This document shows, piece by piece, positions 14,571 to 28,186 of a DNA stretch of 64,000 nucleotides. The stretch comes from Paramecium tetraurelia (Eukaryota). The translations under genes and the position numbers were made by a program. Each line of letters opens with the position of its first letter. The first letter of the stretch is position 1. The stretch covers positions 1 through 64,000 of the forward strand of contig CT868049.1 of NCBI GenBank assembly GCA_000165425.1. The letters are read 5' to 3'. The notes under the pieces were generated by a model, which searched no databases, was not told the origin of the DNA, and worked only from the letters and a program-made list of their open reading frames with translations.

Positions 14571-17500
14571 ATGAATTCTAAGGGCAAAAGGACTTTGGGT
14601 AAATGTTATAGTTATTAAGGTAGGTCCAATTCAAAAAATAAGCAAGCCATCTTTTGATTATGAGTCAGCTCTGAAGGAACATCGAGAGGTAGAGGAAAGA
14701 ATAAAAATGGAAACTGACACTCAAGATCCGAGGTAATAGGAGTGATTTATGTTTAAAGGAAATTTGTGATGAATCTGTTGAATGATCGTGATAATTCATT
14801 CGTATTGGATAACTCTTTTACTAATTCATAAGTGGCAGCAAAAAAGCAGGTATTTTGATAATTAATTTGATAGGTGTATGTACGCTCTAGGCGGATTAAG
14901 AGTTAAATACCTTGCTTGTAAGGGTAAACAAAAAATAACTCCTAAATTCAATATGCATCTCCAGCGCAAAGTTTAAAGTTTGATTTTGATTTGAAACCAG
15001 ATTTCAATTCCAAACGATCAAATTTTGTTCCCAAGTTTATAAATTCTGGAATAAACTTTGATGTAGAAGTAAAAGGAACACTGGGAGAAGAATTTACAGA
15101 GTTTCAGAAGTGTAAATAAGTGATTCAATAATTTAGATGATAATGATTCATAACCAGAGGAGATTCCAAAAAATAAAAACTTTTCTTATGGAGGCAGAAT
15201 GACTAACAAGAAGTTAAAGGAGTACGATTGTTGGGATGAAGATAGAACTCCTCAAGAATGGATAGAAATTTGTAAATAGAGTAATCCTCCACATGCAAAA
15301 TGTCCAATGTTTGATGAATCAGACAAATACATTTGGACAGATGTGGAAGTGATCGGTTTTGAGAATGGTAAATTCGAAGTTAAAATATTGAGATCAAACA
15401 AAATCAAAAGGATTGGCAGATTATCATTATAATTTTACTCAGAAGACCCTGTAAAGTTTGAACAAAGAGTAGAATTGTGTAAACAAAGACAAAAGAATGC
15501 AAATGATGAATTGCGATTCGTAAAATATGTGGATTCTCTGCCTGATTCCATGACGTCTACGTTATCTCTAGAAATGTAGAAAAAGATTGATGAATACACA
15601 GTGTTTAGAGATTTGCCATTCCTTACAAAAGAAGATCCAAGTAAGATAGCTCCTGGATTCCCATAGATATAAACATTTAAGGATGAAGCAAAGTAAATGG
15701 TCACAGATCCAGAAATCAGAAGGAAACAAATGCAACATCTTGAGTTGCTCAAAAAAGACTTAGTGAAGTAAGTTCAAAAAGAGTATACCATGCTTATGAA
15801 AAAATGTTCAATTCTCAAGGATATGGAGGTGAATAAGAACGATGTCAAATGGCTTCAATTAAGAATCAAAAATAGATTTGAATAAACCAAAAAGCCTTAT
15901 TATGGACTAACTAAATAATTTGGGAGTGATACTAAAATTCTGAGTTTTGAAACTTTGGGGTAACAACCTGTGAAGCAAATCAAAATTCAAGATAATTGGG
16001 GTTTCGTCTAAGTCAGATAAAATGTATCTCAATTGCACTATTCTAAATTTGCTGTAGTAGTCAACACTTTGAATGCTTTAACTGCCAGATCCCAATTGTA
16101 TTAGAATTTCCCACTCTTGAATGTATTGCTTAATCATTAATCATTGCCAATGACCTTGTCCAATTTCGAAAGCTAACAAAAATAGCATAATGTCTAGGGA
16201 AGATAAACACTGTAGGTTTAATGGCGTAGTACTATTGTTGGAGACATCTAAGATAAATTAAGAGAGAAATATCGATTCTATTAGACTGAAACTGAGGATT
16301 ACTTGGATAGTGAATTGTAAAAATTGCTAATTCGAATCGACTATATGTTTACCAATTTCATTAGAGAGAATGTTGTTCGCTAAACTTGTTAGTCTTGGGT
16401 GGATTTTATTAAAAGGTTTACTACTCCTAAGGAAGGAGAGCAGTGGAGGATTAACGATTATCCATTATTGATTTTAAATCTCGAAGTGAATCTCACTTTC
16501 AAAAAGAGTAAGAAGAACGATAAAAAAAATAAGTAAGAAGATACTCCTTTATTTGAAGAGGATTTCAATAGTGCCATTTACTTCTCTCCTAATTACTTAG
16601 CCATCTAATAGGGTTTGTTGAAACCATTAGATCTCTTATTGGAATCTGTGAATTCATTTAATAGACTTGAGAAAGATCTGGTTCCGTTGGTGGACATAGA
16701 TCAAAGAAAATAAATAAAGGGAAAATTGAGGGCTTACGAAATTGAAAACGACAAGGATTAAATGTGGATTAAGTGGGCCAAGGAAAAGGTTTAAGCATAC
16801 TTAGAGATTGGTTATTAGAAACCAAATGAAATGCTATAGAAATTCAGAGAATTTAGTTTTCTATTAGAAAAGTCAGTGGCAAGTGTATTAAAAAGCTTGT
16901 TTGGAGATGTGTCCAAAAAACCGATCATAACATCACTAGACAAAGATGAGATACAAAAAAAGCTATCTGATTTCATTAATGCTAAATTTTAAATACAAAG
17001 ATTATGCTTGGATGAAAAGAATGAATAATTTTTTTAGATAAGAACTAGAATAGCCAAGGAGAATTTGATATCTAAGGCCAATGAATTTATCACATCCATC
17101 TTGAAGCAGTGTTCAGATATTGTGACTGACAACATAAGTCGTTTAAGTTAAGAATATAGTGACATGAGCGAAAGAATTACAAAGCAACCAAAAAACGAGG
17201 CTGAATTAATCGAATTAAAAACGTACATTGCAGAACACGAAGTAAATTTGGCAAAGAAGAAATAAGAAGTGGATTTTATCTACGATTACTTGACTATGTT
17301 TGAAGATATGAGTCATAATTTTGAAGATAAAAATCTTTATGAGTTTTGGAACTTATATAGTTTTCCTCCTGAAATTAAAAATCATGTGATTGAAGGTCAA
17401 AGGAAGGCTAATTTATAGGAGTAAAAGTTTATGGAGAATTTGGACAATGAGAAAGATAAATTCTAAGTAGAATTGAAGGAATTGACTGAGTTGTTCATAA

Positions 17501-20500
17501 CTGTTTAGAAGTTTGATGACTATTCAAGAGTTAAGGATGTGGCTAATGATGTTGTGTCACTAAATGATAGATTCTAAAATGCCCTGAAGAAGGTTGAATC
17601 CTTCAATGAGAGAGAACTATTATTCAAACAGTAACCATCAGTCTATGAAGACTTGAATTAGTTGATTAAGGATTTCACTATTTACTACAATTTGTGGACG
17701 AATGCCATAGAATTCGAGTATGACAGGAGTGATTGGTGCACTGGGTCATTCTTAAAACTTAATTTCGCTGAAATTGATAATAAAGTAAGAACCAACCAAA
17801 GAAATGCCAATATTCTAATAAAGGCTTTCTCAGATGCACAAGATGACGTGGCTGTGGATGTGGCACGTAAATTGAAAGGTTAAATCGATGAGTTTAAAGA
17901 GAAATTGTGGTTGATTGAATTATTGACTACGGAGGCAATGAAGACTAAACTGAATTTGTGGAAAGACATTTGGAAGGTTGCAGGGATTGTTGATTAGGAA
18001 ACAAATGATGATTTGTCATTGGATGCTTTGGTTTCTCACGGCTTAATGAATTTTAGAAACGATATAGAAGAAGTATCAAGGAAGGCTGAAAAGTAATGGC
18101 AAATAGAAAAAAATCTGAATTTAATTTAAGAGAAGCTAAAAGATCAGAAAGTTGAAATGATTCCATACAAAAAGACAGGAACTTTTGTATTGAAATCATT
18201 AGAAGAAGTAGTTTAATGTTTTGATGATTAATTCAACATTCTATTGATGTTAAAGGCATAGCCGTAGATCAAAGCTGTATTACATAAAGCATAAGCCTTG
18301 GAACAAAAGATAGTTTTAATTTAGGATTCACTTGATGGTTGGATAAAGTGTTAAAGGGGATGGATGTACTTGGAACCTATTTTTACATCAGATGATATCA
18401 AGAAGAAAATGCCATTAGAAACTTAAAAATTCTTGAAGGTGGATGCTCATTGGAAATTAGTAATGGAATAATTTAGCAAAGAGCCCAATCTTTGGGATGG
18501 AATAGAAAGTGAGAAGATGAAGAATGAATTCGATTAAGATAATAAAGCGTTGGATTAGATTTAGAAATCTTTAAGTGAGTATTTGGAGACAAAGCGTAAC
18601 TCATTTCCAAGATTTTATTTCTTATCAGATGAGGAACTATTGGAAATCTTGGCATAAACCAAGGATCCAGAAACAGTGTAAAAGCATATTAATAAATGTT
18701 TCGAAGCCATCAATTTATTAGAATTTATAAATGGATAGGAAGTGGTGGCTATGATTTCAGCGGAAAAAGAAAAAGTGCAATTTTCAAAAGGAATTAATGT
18801 TAATGATGGGGAAAAGAAAGGGAATGTGGAAAAGTGGTTAAGTGAGATTGAGTCTGTTATGATAGATACTTTGAAGAAGATAATGAAAGCCTCACATTTG
18901 GACAACGGATACAAAGAGAGTTGTTTGGGTAAGGAAATGGCCTGCTTAAATTGTCTTGGCAGTAAATATGATTAGATGGACTAGAGGTAGTGAGACAGCT
19001 ATAAATGATAAAGAGAATCAATAAGGAGGATTGTCAGGATTTTTATAAAATATTGATTAATGAACTAAGAGATATTGTAGATTTAGTTAGATAAGATCTA
19101 TCACCTTTAGAGAGGTTAACATTGGGTGCACTTGTAGTGTTAGATGTGCACGCTAGAGATGTGATTAGATAATTAGTAAAAATTGGTTGCAATGATATTA
19201 ATAATTTCTAATGGATGGCATAATTAAGATATTATTGGACTGAATAAGTAATGAAATGCAACGTAAAAATGATAAACGCTGATTTACTATATGGATATGA
19301 ATATTTGGGTAATAGCATGAGATTGGTTATTACCCCTTTGACTGACAGATGTTATCGTACTTTAATGGGAGCATTCCATTTATAATATGGAGGAGCACCA
19401 GAAGGACCAGCAGGAACAGGAAAAACTGAAACTGTAAAAGATTTGGCTAAGGCATTGGCAGTCTAATGTGTTGTATTTAATTGTTCTGATGGTTTGAACT
19501 ATTTGGCTATGAGTAAATTCTTTAAAGGGTTGGCAAGTTCAGGAGCTCTGGTGTTGTTTCGATGAATTCAATCGTATTGATTTAGAAGTGCTCTCAGTTA
19601 TCGCTTAATAGGTGCTCACAATTTAGGACGCTATTAGATAGAAAAGACCAGAATTTGAGTTTGAAGGCACTATAATTAAATTGATTCCATCTTGTGCTAT
19701 CAACATTACAATGAATCCTGGGTATGCGGGTAGATCTGATTTACCAGATAACTTAAAGGCCCTATTCAGACCATGCGCTATGATGGTTCCAGATTATGCG
19801 TTGATTTCAGAAATCTATTTAGCCTCTGTAGGATTTCAAGATGCAAATAATCTAGCACGTAAAATTGTCGCTTCTCTAAGATTATCATCTGAATAACTGT
19901 CATCATAGGATCATTATGATTTTGGTATGAGAGCTTTAAAAGCTATCTTAACAGCTGCAGGTAATCTAAAAAGAGTCATGAACGACATTGAAGATATCAT
20001 TTGTTTAAGAGCACTCATGGATGTAAATATTCCAAAATTCACAATAAATGATGTGCCCCTATTCAATTCAATTACATCAGATCTATTTCCTGGAATAAAG
20101 TTACCTGAATAGGATTATGGAGCACTAGAAACAGCACTCAAAAATACAGCTTAGGAGATCAATATTCAAGCAGAAAAGGGATTCATTGAAAAGTGCATTC
20201 AATTGTTTGATACTATAAATGTTCGACATGGTTTGATGATTGTAGGATAGGCATTTGCAGGTAAATCAAAAGTGTTGGAATGTTTGGCTAAGGCTATGTC
20301 ATCATTAAATAAAGTGTAGCCATTTGTGAATGTTGCTGTTCTCAAATTGAATCCAAAATCCATCACTTCAGATCAATTGTATGGTAAATTGGATCCAGAC
20401 ACCAAATCATGGACTGATGGAGTCATTGCCATTATTATGAGGTAGTGTGCATAAGATGCTGAGGTGGAAGAAAGGAAGTGGGTTGTATTTGATGGACCTG

Positions 20501-23500
20501 TCGATGCAGTTTGGATTGAAAATATGAACACCGTTTTGGACGATAATAAGAAATTATGTTTGACTTCTGGTGAAATCATTAAGATGACAAATTGGATGAC
20601 CATGATGTTTGAAGTTGAAGATCTTGCTGTTGCATCCCCTGCCACTGTAAGTAGATGTGGTATGGTCTTTTTAGAGACTCAATAAATTGGATGGTATGCA
20701 TTAGTCAAATCATTTATCCAAACAATCCCTGAAAAATACATAGAACATCACTTTTTGGATGATCTATTAAGAGTCATTATTGATTGTAGTTAGGAGTGGT
20801 TAAGGAAGCATGGCAAATTCCCAATTTACAAGAGTGAAATGACTTTAGTTAAAAACATGTTACTTATACTTCAAACCTATCTACAAGAATGGACAGATAT
20901 GGACGAAAAGGCTCAATAAAAATAAATCAATCATAATGAAATCAAGGATGTAGTCTCTAAGGCCATTCTATTTTCTTGTGTTTGGAGTTTCGGTGCAGCC
21001 ATAGATGAAGTGTGCAGAAAATAATTTAACTAATTCTTGATTAAGTTGATTTCGGCTGAAGATGTACATGAGACTTTCAATCTGTAATTGCAATACAAGT
21101 TTTAACCCATCACAATCAATGCTAAATTACCTGATAAAGCTAATCTATTTGATATGGTCTATGATAGAACTAAAAATAGCTTCATAAGTTGGACTTAAAC
21201 ACAACCTCCATTCGTCATTTAAAAAGGATGTGATTATCATGATTTACTTATTCCCACAAGTGATTCTATTAGAAATAATTATTTCTTGCATTTATGTGTC
21301 AGAAACAAGATTCATCTATTAGTAACTGGACCAACAGGTACTGGTAAGACATCAAACATTGTAAGTGAAATAAATAAAAACTATTTTAATAATGAATACA
21401 CTAACTTGATAACTGCTTTTTCAGGTTAAACCTTAGTAAATTAGGTTTAAAAAACTATTGAAGCTAAGGTGAATTCAAGGAGAAGAAAAGGGTATTTCGG
21501 ACCTGAGGAGGGCAAGAAGTATATTGTTATATTTATTGATGATCTGAATATGCCAGCCAAAGAGAAGTATGGTGCATAGCCTCCAATAGAATTGTTAAGA
21601 TAGTGGATGGATACTGGTGGTTGGTATGATTTAGAAACTAAGGAACCTAAATTCCTCTAAGGGATTACCTTTATTGCTAGTATGTTACCGCCAACAGGAG
21701 GCAGAAATGTTGTTAGTATGAGATATTTAAGACACTATGTTCTCTTGTATGTTGAACCTTTCGAAGGAGATTCATTGTAAAGAATATTTTAAAATGTGTT
21801 GGAATGGTATTATGCTCGCTAGACAACTCCATTTATGAAATCAATTACAAATATGAGGGACTCAACAGTCAATGCCACTCTTGACATTTATTAATTAATA
21901 CAAACCTGTAAGGAGCTCTTGCCAACTCCAGCTAAATCGCATTATATCTACAATCTTAGAGATATTAGCAAGGTGTTCTAAGGAATTTCAAAAGGGATTG
22001 TGAAATCCTTTAGGGATGAAAATGATTTCATAAAATTATGGGCACACGAATGCCAACGAGTCTTCTAGGATAGATTGATTAATGAAGATGACTAAGGAAC
22101 CTTTGATAAGATCCTAAAGGAAACTATTCTGAAACATTTCAAAAGAGATTGGAAACAATTGGTGCAAATAGAACCACTCCTATGGGCTTCCTTTGTACCC
22201 ACCCTCTATCCTGATGATGATAGAACAAAGAGACCCATGACTGATATCTATTGTGAATTGACGGATCGAGAAACTCTTAAGAAAGTATGTCAAGAACAAT
22301 TAAATGAATACAATTCATAGTACACAAGTAATCGAATGGAATTAGTGTTATTTATGAATGCAATCTAACATGTGCTTAAGATAGTGCGTGTGGTTAATAC
22401 AACATTTGGTCATGCTTTGTTGGTTGGTGTAGGAGGTTCTGGAAGGAAGAGTTTGGCTTAATTGGCCTCCTTCATTGCATTCCAAAATGAAACTTTGTAA
22501 GTGGACTCAAGAAATTGGATCGAAGAATTGTAGAAGGTGATGAAGATGGGAGGAATAGATCAAAAAGAAATAGTGTTCATGTATTCAGACACTTAGATTA
22601 TTAAGGAATCTATGGTTGAGGACATTTGCAATATCTTGAACAATGGTGAAGTGCCCAATTTATTTCCTACTGAGGAGAAGAGCAAAATCATAGAAGAAAT
22701 GAGTAGTTACACATCTGGAACTCCAAATGAGAAATATGGTTATTTTGTAAAATAATGCAAGAAGAATTTGCATCTCGTTATTTGCATGTCTCCTGTGGGA
22801 GAAGCATTTAGAAGAAGATTACGTACTTTTCCTGCTTTGGTTAACTGTACAACAATCGATTGGTTTTTGCCATGGCCTGAAGAGGCACTTAGATCAACTG
22901 CGAATGCTGTATTTACAAGGGACATGAATATCAATGACAATAAATTGAGACAAGGTTTGGTGGATATAGCAGTCGATATGCAAATGAGAGTATCTGATCT
23001 AACCAAAAGATATTACAATGAATTAAGAAGATATTATTATGTAACACCAACATCGTATTTGGAATTGCTTAACACATTCAAGAGACTCAAATCAGATAGA
23101 GATCAAAATATGTCCAAAATGATATCTCGATATGAGGCAGGCGTAGATAAGATTATCATTACAGAAAGTGAGGTAAGCAAAATGTAAAAAGGAGTTGGAA
23201 GATTTGTAACCAAAATTGGAGTAGGCTACTAAGGACAACAGTGTGATGTTGATAAATTTGTAAAAGAAATAGAAAGAAGCTGATGCAAGGAAGTAGGTTT
23301 GTCAATAAGAAGAGAAGGATTGTAATGTACAAAGAGATGGGGCAAATGCTTTAAGAAATGATTGCTAAAATGATCTAGACAAAGTGTTGCCCATCTTGGC
23401 TTAAGCTGCTGAAGCTTTGGAAAAGATTGATAAAAATGATATGGTTTAATTGAAATCATTCCCTAAGCCTCCTCCCTCAGCTGCCATTGTCATGGAAGGG

Positions 23501-26500
23501 TTATGTTACATCTTCCAAGAGGACCAAAATGTACCTTGGAAACCAAAGGAACCAGGCTCTATGGAGAAGGTCTAAGACTTTTGGGAGTACTCAAAAAAGA
23601 ATCTGTTGAATGATAAGTTGATCAAGAGAATTAAGGATTTCAGAGATGATTCTATCAGATAAATTCCATAAGTGAAAATCAATAAATTAAAAGCATTTTC
23701 TCAAAATCCATTGTTTTAGAAGGATAAGGTGTTTAATGCATCTGTTGCTGCAGGTAATCTCAGCTTATGGGTTCGTGCAGTCGTAGAGACATATGATGCC
23801 TTATTGGTTGTGGATCCCAAGAGACAGTAATTATTGGAGGCAGAAGCCAAATTAAAAGAAGCCGAAGAAACTCTAAGAGTAAAGCAAGAAGCACTATAGG
23901 AAGTGCTAGATATGTTGGCTAAATTAGAAGCAGATTATAATAAGGCAAAACAGGAGAAAGAAGATTTGGAAGCCAAAGTTAACAAGTGCAAGGTCTAATT
24001 GAGTAGAGCTGAAAAATTAATCACTGAATTAGGTGGTGAGAAGGAGAGTTGGAAAAAGAAGGCTGCTGATTATAGAGTCGATTCTAAGACAATCGTTGGT
24101 GATTGTATCCTATCCTCAGGAATTGTGGCATACTTGGGAGCATTTCCAATTGCTTATAGAGATGACACAATCAAAATATGGTAGACATTATTAGAAAAGT
24201 TAATTATTGAATTCGATCCAGAATATTCCTTATAGAAGATATTGTGCGATCCAATAACTATAGGACAATGGACTAATGTTTAAAAGTTACCTAATGATTC
24301 ATTCTCTATTGATAATGCTATTATTCTGAAAAATTCCACTAGATGGCCTTTGATGGTTGATCCTCAGACTTAGGCTAACACTTGGGTTAAGCATATGGAG
24401 GCCTAACAATTAGTTATTGTGAGACCCACATAGTCTTCAAATGTATTGTCAAAGACCTTGGAAAGTGCTTTGCAGTTTGGATAGAGTGTGCTGTTAGAAA
24501 ATGTAGGTGAAGCCATTGATACTATTTTCGAATCGATTCTATAATAAAAGATTATAAAACAAGGTTCTGCCTACAAATTGAAATTTGGAGATAAAATGAT
24601 TGACTATTCCAAAGACTTTAAGTTTTACATGACTACTAAATTGGCTAGACCTCATTATCCACCTGAAATTTGTGTGAAAGTTACTATGTTGAATTTCTAA
24701 GTCACTTAGGAGGGATTAGAGGATCAGATGTTAAATATTGTCGTTAAAATAGAAGAGCCAGCTAAGGATGAATAAAGGTAAAGGAATATCAAAGAATTCT
24801 TTGAAAATAAGAATAAACAAAAGATGACTGAAGACAATATTTTGTAATTATTGCAAGATTCTAAAGGCAATCTACTGGATGATGAAGTCTTGATTGATAC
24901 GTTGTAGAGATCGAAAGCAGAATCAATCACAATATAGGATAAGTTGAAGAAGTAGGAGTAAGATAGGGAATAATTTAATTAAATTCGTAACTTTTATAAA
25001 GAAGTTGCCAAGAGAGTAGCAAATTTGTATTTTGTTGTTTTGGATCTTTCATTGATTGAGCCTACCTATTAATGGTCTTTGGAGTTCTATATCATCCTAT
25101 TTGAGAGAGCAATTCGAGAGTCAATTTAAGGGAAGGAGAATAGAAGCAAAAATATCATAGATAAATTTTAGATCTCTTTATATGAGAGTATTTGCAGATC
25201 CCTATTGGAGAAGGATAAATTGATTTATTCATTTTTGATGACTATGAAAGTGATGTAAAGTGAGGGTAAGATTACTCCACAAGAAATACGTTTCACCATG
25301 GTTGGAGGAACATACACAGATCCCACATACCCATAGCCATAACCAGAATGGATATCTAAAAGGATGTGGTGTCTAGTAACAGAAGCTGCTGATACTTTAC
25401 CATTTTTCAAAGGATTCCCTGAGTCTTTCTCTAACAATCTAGCCGATTGGTAAGAAATGTATGATAGTAGTGAGCCACAAATGTAAAAATTACCAGAACC
25501 TTGGCATTCATAATTGAGTGCTTTTCAAAAACTAATTGTCTTGCGTATAATAAGACCTGATAAATTTGCAAATGCAACTTAAAATCTGATCATAACAGAA
25601 ATGGGCAAATAATTTATGGATCCTCCCCCATTCAACCTAGAACATGCCTATAAAGATGCAGATGCTTACACTCCTCTTATATTCATATTGTCTCCAGGTG
25701 CTGATCCTCGTTTGGAAATATCAACATTAGCTGATCGTCTAGGATTTAGATAGAATTTCATCACTCTCTCCTTGGGATAAGGTTAAGGAGAAATAGCTAC
25801 TAATGCGATAAAGGGAGCTGTTAAGGAAGGCAAATGGGTGTTATTGTAAAATTGTCATCTTGCCCCTTCATTTATGCCTGAATTAGAAAGAATACATGAA
25901 TAAGAGATATGTGCAAAACCTGTACAGGAAGTTAATTCTGATTTTAGAATTTGGTTGACTTCGATGCCCTCAAATGTATTTCCAGTGACTCTATTAATGA
26001 GAGGTATTAAAATGACATATGAGCCACCAAGAGGCTTAAAAAATAATATGTTGAGAAACTTCTCATCAATAGACGCGAAGAGTTTTGAATTATGTAAGAA
26101 ACCAGTAGAATGGAAAAAACTGTTTTTCGGTTTGAACTTCTTCCATGCAGTTTGTCTAGAGCGTCGTAAGTATGGACCTCTGGGATGGAATATTCCTTAT
26201 GAATTCACTTCAGCAGATCTAGCCATATCTGTATCTTAGTTGAAAAACTTCCTTGACACTTTCGAGGATATTCCTTGGGAAGCTCTCAATTACATGGTCG
26301 CTGAAGCTAATTATGGAGGCAGAGTCACGGACCCAAAGGATAGAAGGTTAATTGCTATACTCTTGAAAATAGTTCTACACAACAGACGTGTTATAGATAG
26401 ACAAACATAAATTAAGTCCGAAGTGGTACTTATTATGTGCCTCCAAATGGAGTATTAGAGGATTACAAGGAATACATAAAGAATCTGCCTTTGAATGACT

Positions 26501-27541
26501 AGACTGAAGTGTTTGGACTCCATGATAATGCAGAGATATCATCAGCAATTATTGAAACTAATTTCATTACATCAACTATATTGTCCTTACTACCTAGATC
26601 AACAGGAGGTGCTGGTGCATCTGCAGAAGATCTAATCAAAGAGAAATGCAAACTAATCTTATCTAAATTGCCAAATCAATTTAATGTGGAGGAAGCAGCT
26701 CGGAAACACCCTGTACAATACAATCAGAGTATGAACACAGTTTTACAATAAGAGTTGATTAGGTTTAACAAATTATTGCAAGCTGTTAGATAGTCACTTA
26801 TTGATTTAGGTAAGGCTATTGATGGTTTGGTTGTGATGAGTTCAGATCTGGAATAAGTCTTCAACAAAGTGTTTGATAATTAAGTTCCAGATGTTTGGCA
26901 TAAGGTGGCTTATCCATCTCTCAAACCACTGGGTTCTTGGATTAATGACTTTATTGATAGATTGCATTTCATGTAATTGTGGATTGACAATGGGGCACCA
27001 CCCACCTTCTGGGTATCTGGATTCTTTTTCACTCAATCATTTTTGACTGGCACACTCCAGAACTTTGCTCGAAAAGTAATTTAATTATAATACTCAATTT
27101 TAGTACCAAATTCCTATTGATACCCTCTCATTTGAATTCATTGTGATCCCTCCTTCTTCTTAAGAATATGATCTTTCCAAACCTCCTGATGATGGTTGTT
27201 ATGTCTATGGTCTCTTCCTTGATGGTGCTCGATGGGATGAGGAAAATAGATGTCTCAATGAAAGCTTACCTAAAATACTGTAATATAGGGTGCCCTACTT
27301 GTGGCTATTGCCAAGCGAAGAGAAGAAGGATTGGGAGGCTGACTTATCTGTAATGGCTATAATATTAAACTAGGTTTATGAATGTCCAGTATATAAGACA
27401 TCGAGAAGAGCTGGAACACTGTCCACAACAGGTCATTCCACTAACTTTGTTATTTCTATATATTTACCTATATCTCCTGATCATCATCCCTACCATTGGG
27501 TCAAAAGAGGAGTGGCCATGCTATGCTAAACTGATGACTGA
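14571..27541 (+). CDS. Axonemal dynein heavy chain, single-headed inner-arm type (DNAH1-like); six apparent +1 frameshifts in this assembly
   Basis: P-loops [65 protein letters not shown]-terminal [19 protein letters not shown]-terminal DRTPQEWI and RLSLQFYSEDP..F resemble DNAH1. Introns at 14599-14623, 14733-14758, 14850-14873, ~15112-15136 and two near the 3' end. Confidence 0.95.
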
Positions 27542-27593
27542 TTCATTATTGTATAGTGTTTGGGATTAATATATATTTAATTACTTATTTTTA

Positions 27594-28136
27594 TCAAATA
27601 TAAATTTTGGTGGCTTTGCGTCTTAATATTCTGGGCTCAAATGAGACTTTCTTTTACGTTATCGCCTACTTTAGTCTATAAAGCGAATGATTGGATTTCG
27701 ACTTGGATTTAGATTTTGATCTATTAGTTTTTAGAATCCCCTTTAATGTTTGAGTTTCCGATTCACTCGAATTGAATTTCTAAATTACTGAACATTTTCT
27801 TTGTAACTCTACTTAAAATTAAATTTGAGTTACAATCTCATTTAGTCTTTGAATCGCCTCATTCACAGCTATTTTTTATTATACCTACTCATTTAGAATT
27901 GTTGTATCATCATTTTTTACTTTATCTTCGCTGACCTCTTTGTCAACATCAAAATCTTCAAGAATGCCTTCCAATTACGTTAATTCTTGAGCATCCTCAG
28001 TTAGTTCAGAATGAATTAATGGTTTTTCCAAGGCATTTTACCTGTCAGGAGCGAACTTTTAGATTTTTTTAATTATAGGGTATTGAAGATCTTCTTAAGG
28101 TTTAGATGATGATTGATTTATACAGATCGATCCCAT
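27594..28136 (-). CDS. Hypothetical protein (180 aa) with N-acylation start (MGSIC) and SILK/RVxF-like PP1-docking motifs
   Basis: Intact intronless ORF in code 6 containing LKGILK and KKVSF. Confidence 0.7.
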
Positions 28137-28186
28137 ATAAATGAACACTTTATTAAATATTTATATGAAACAAACAAATAAATAAG

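Noticed and set aside
17662..26751. Dynein appearing as many short ORFs (split gene or heavily decayed pseudogene)
   Set aside because: The breaks are TAA/TAG Gln codons; only six single-base shifts remain after applying code 6.
15435..27036. Numerous minus-strand ORFs inside the dynein gene
   Set aside because: Antisense shadows of a coding strand with no recognisable motifs.
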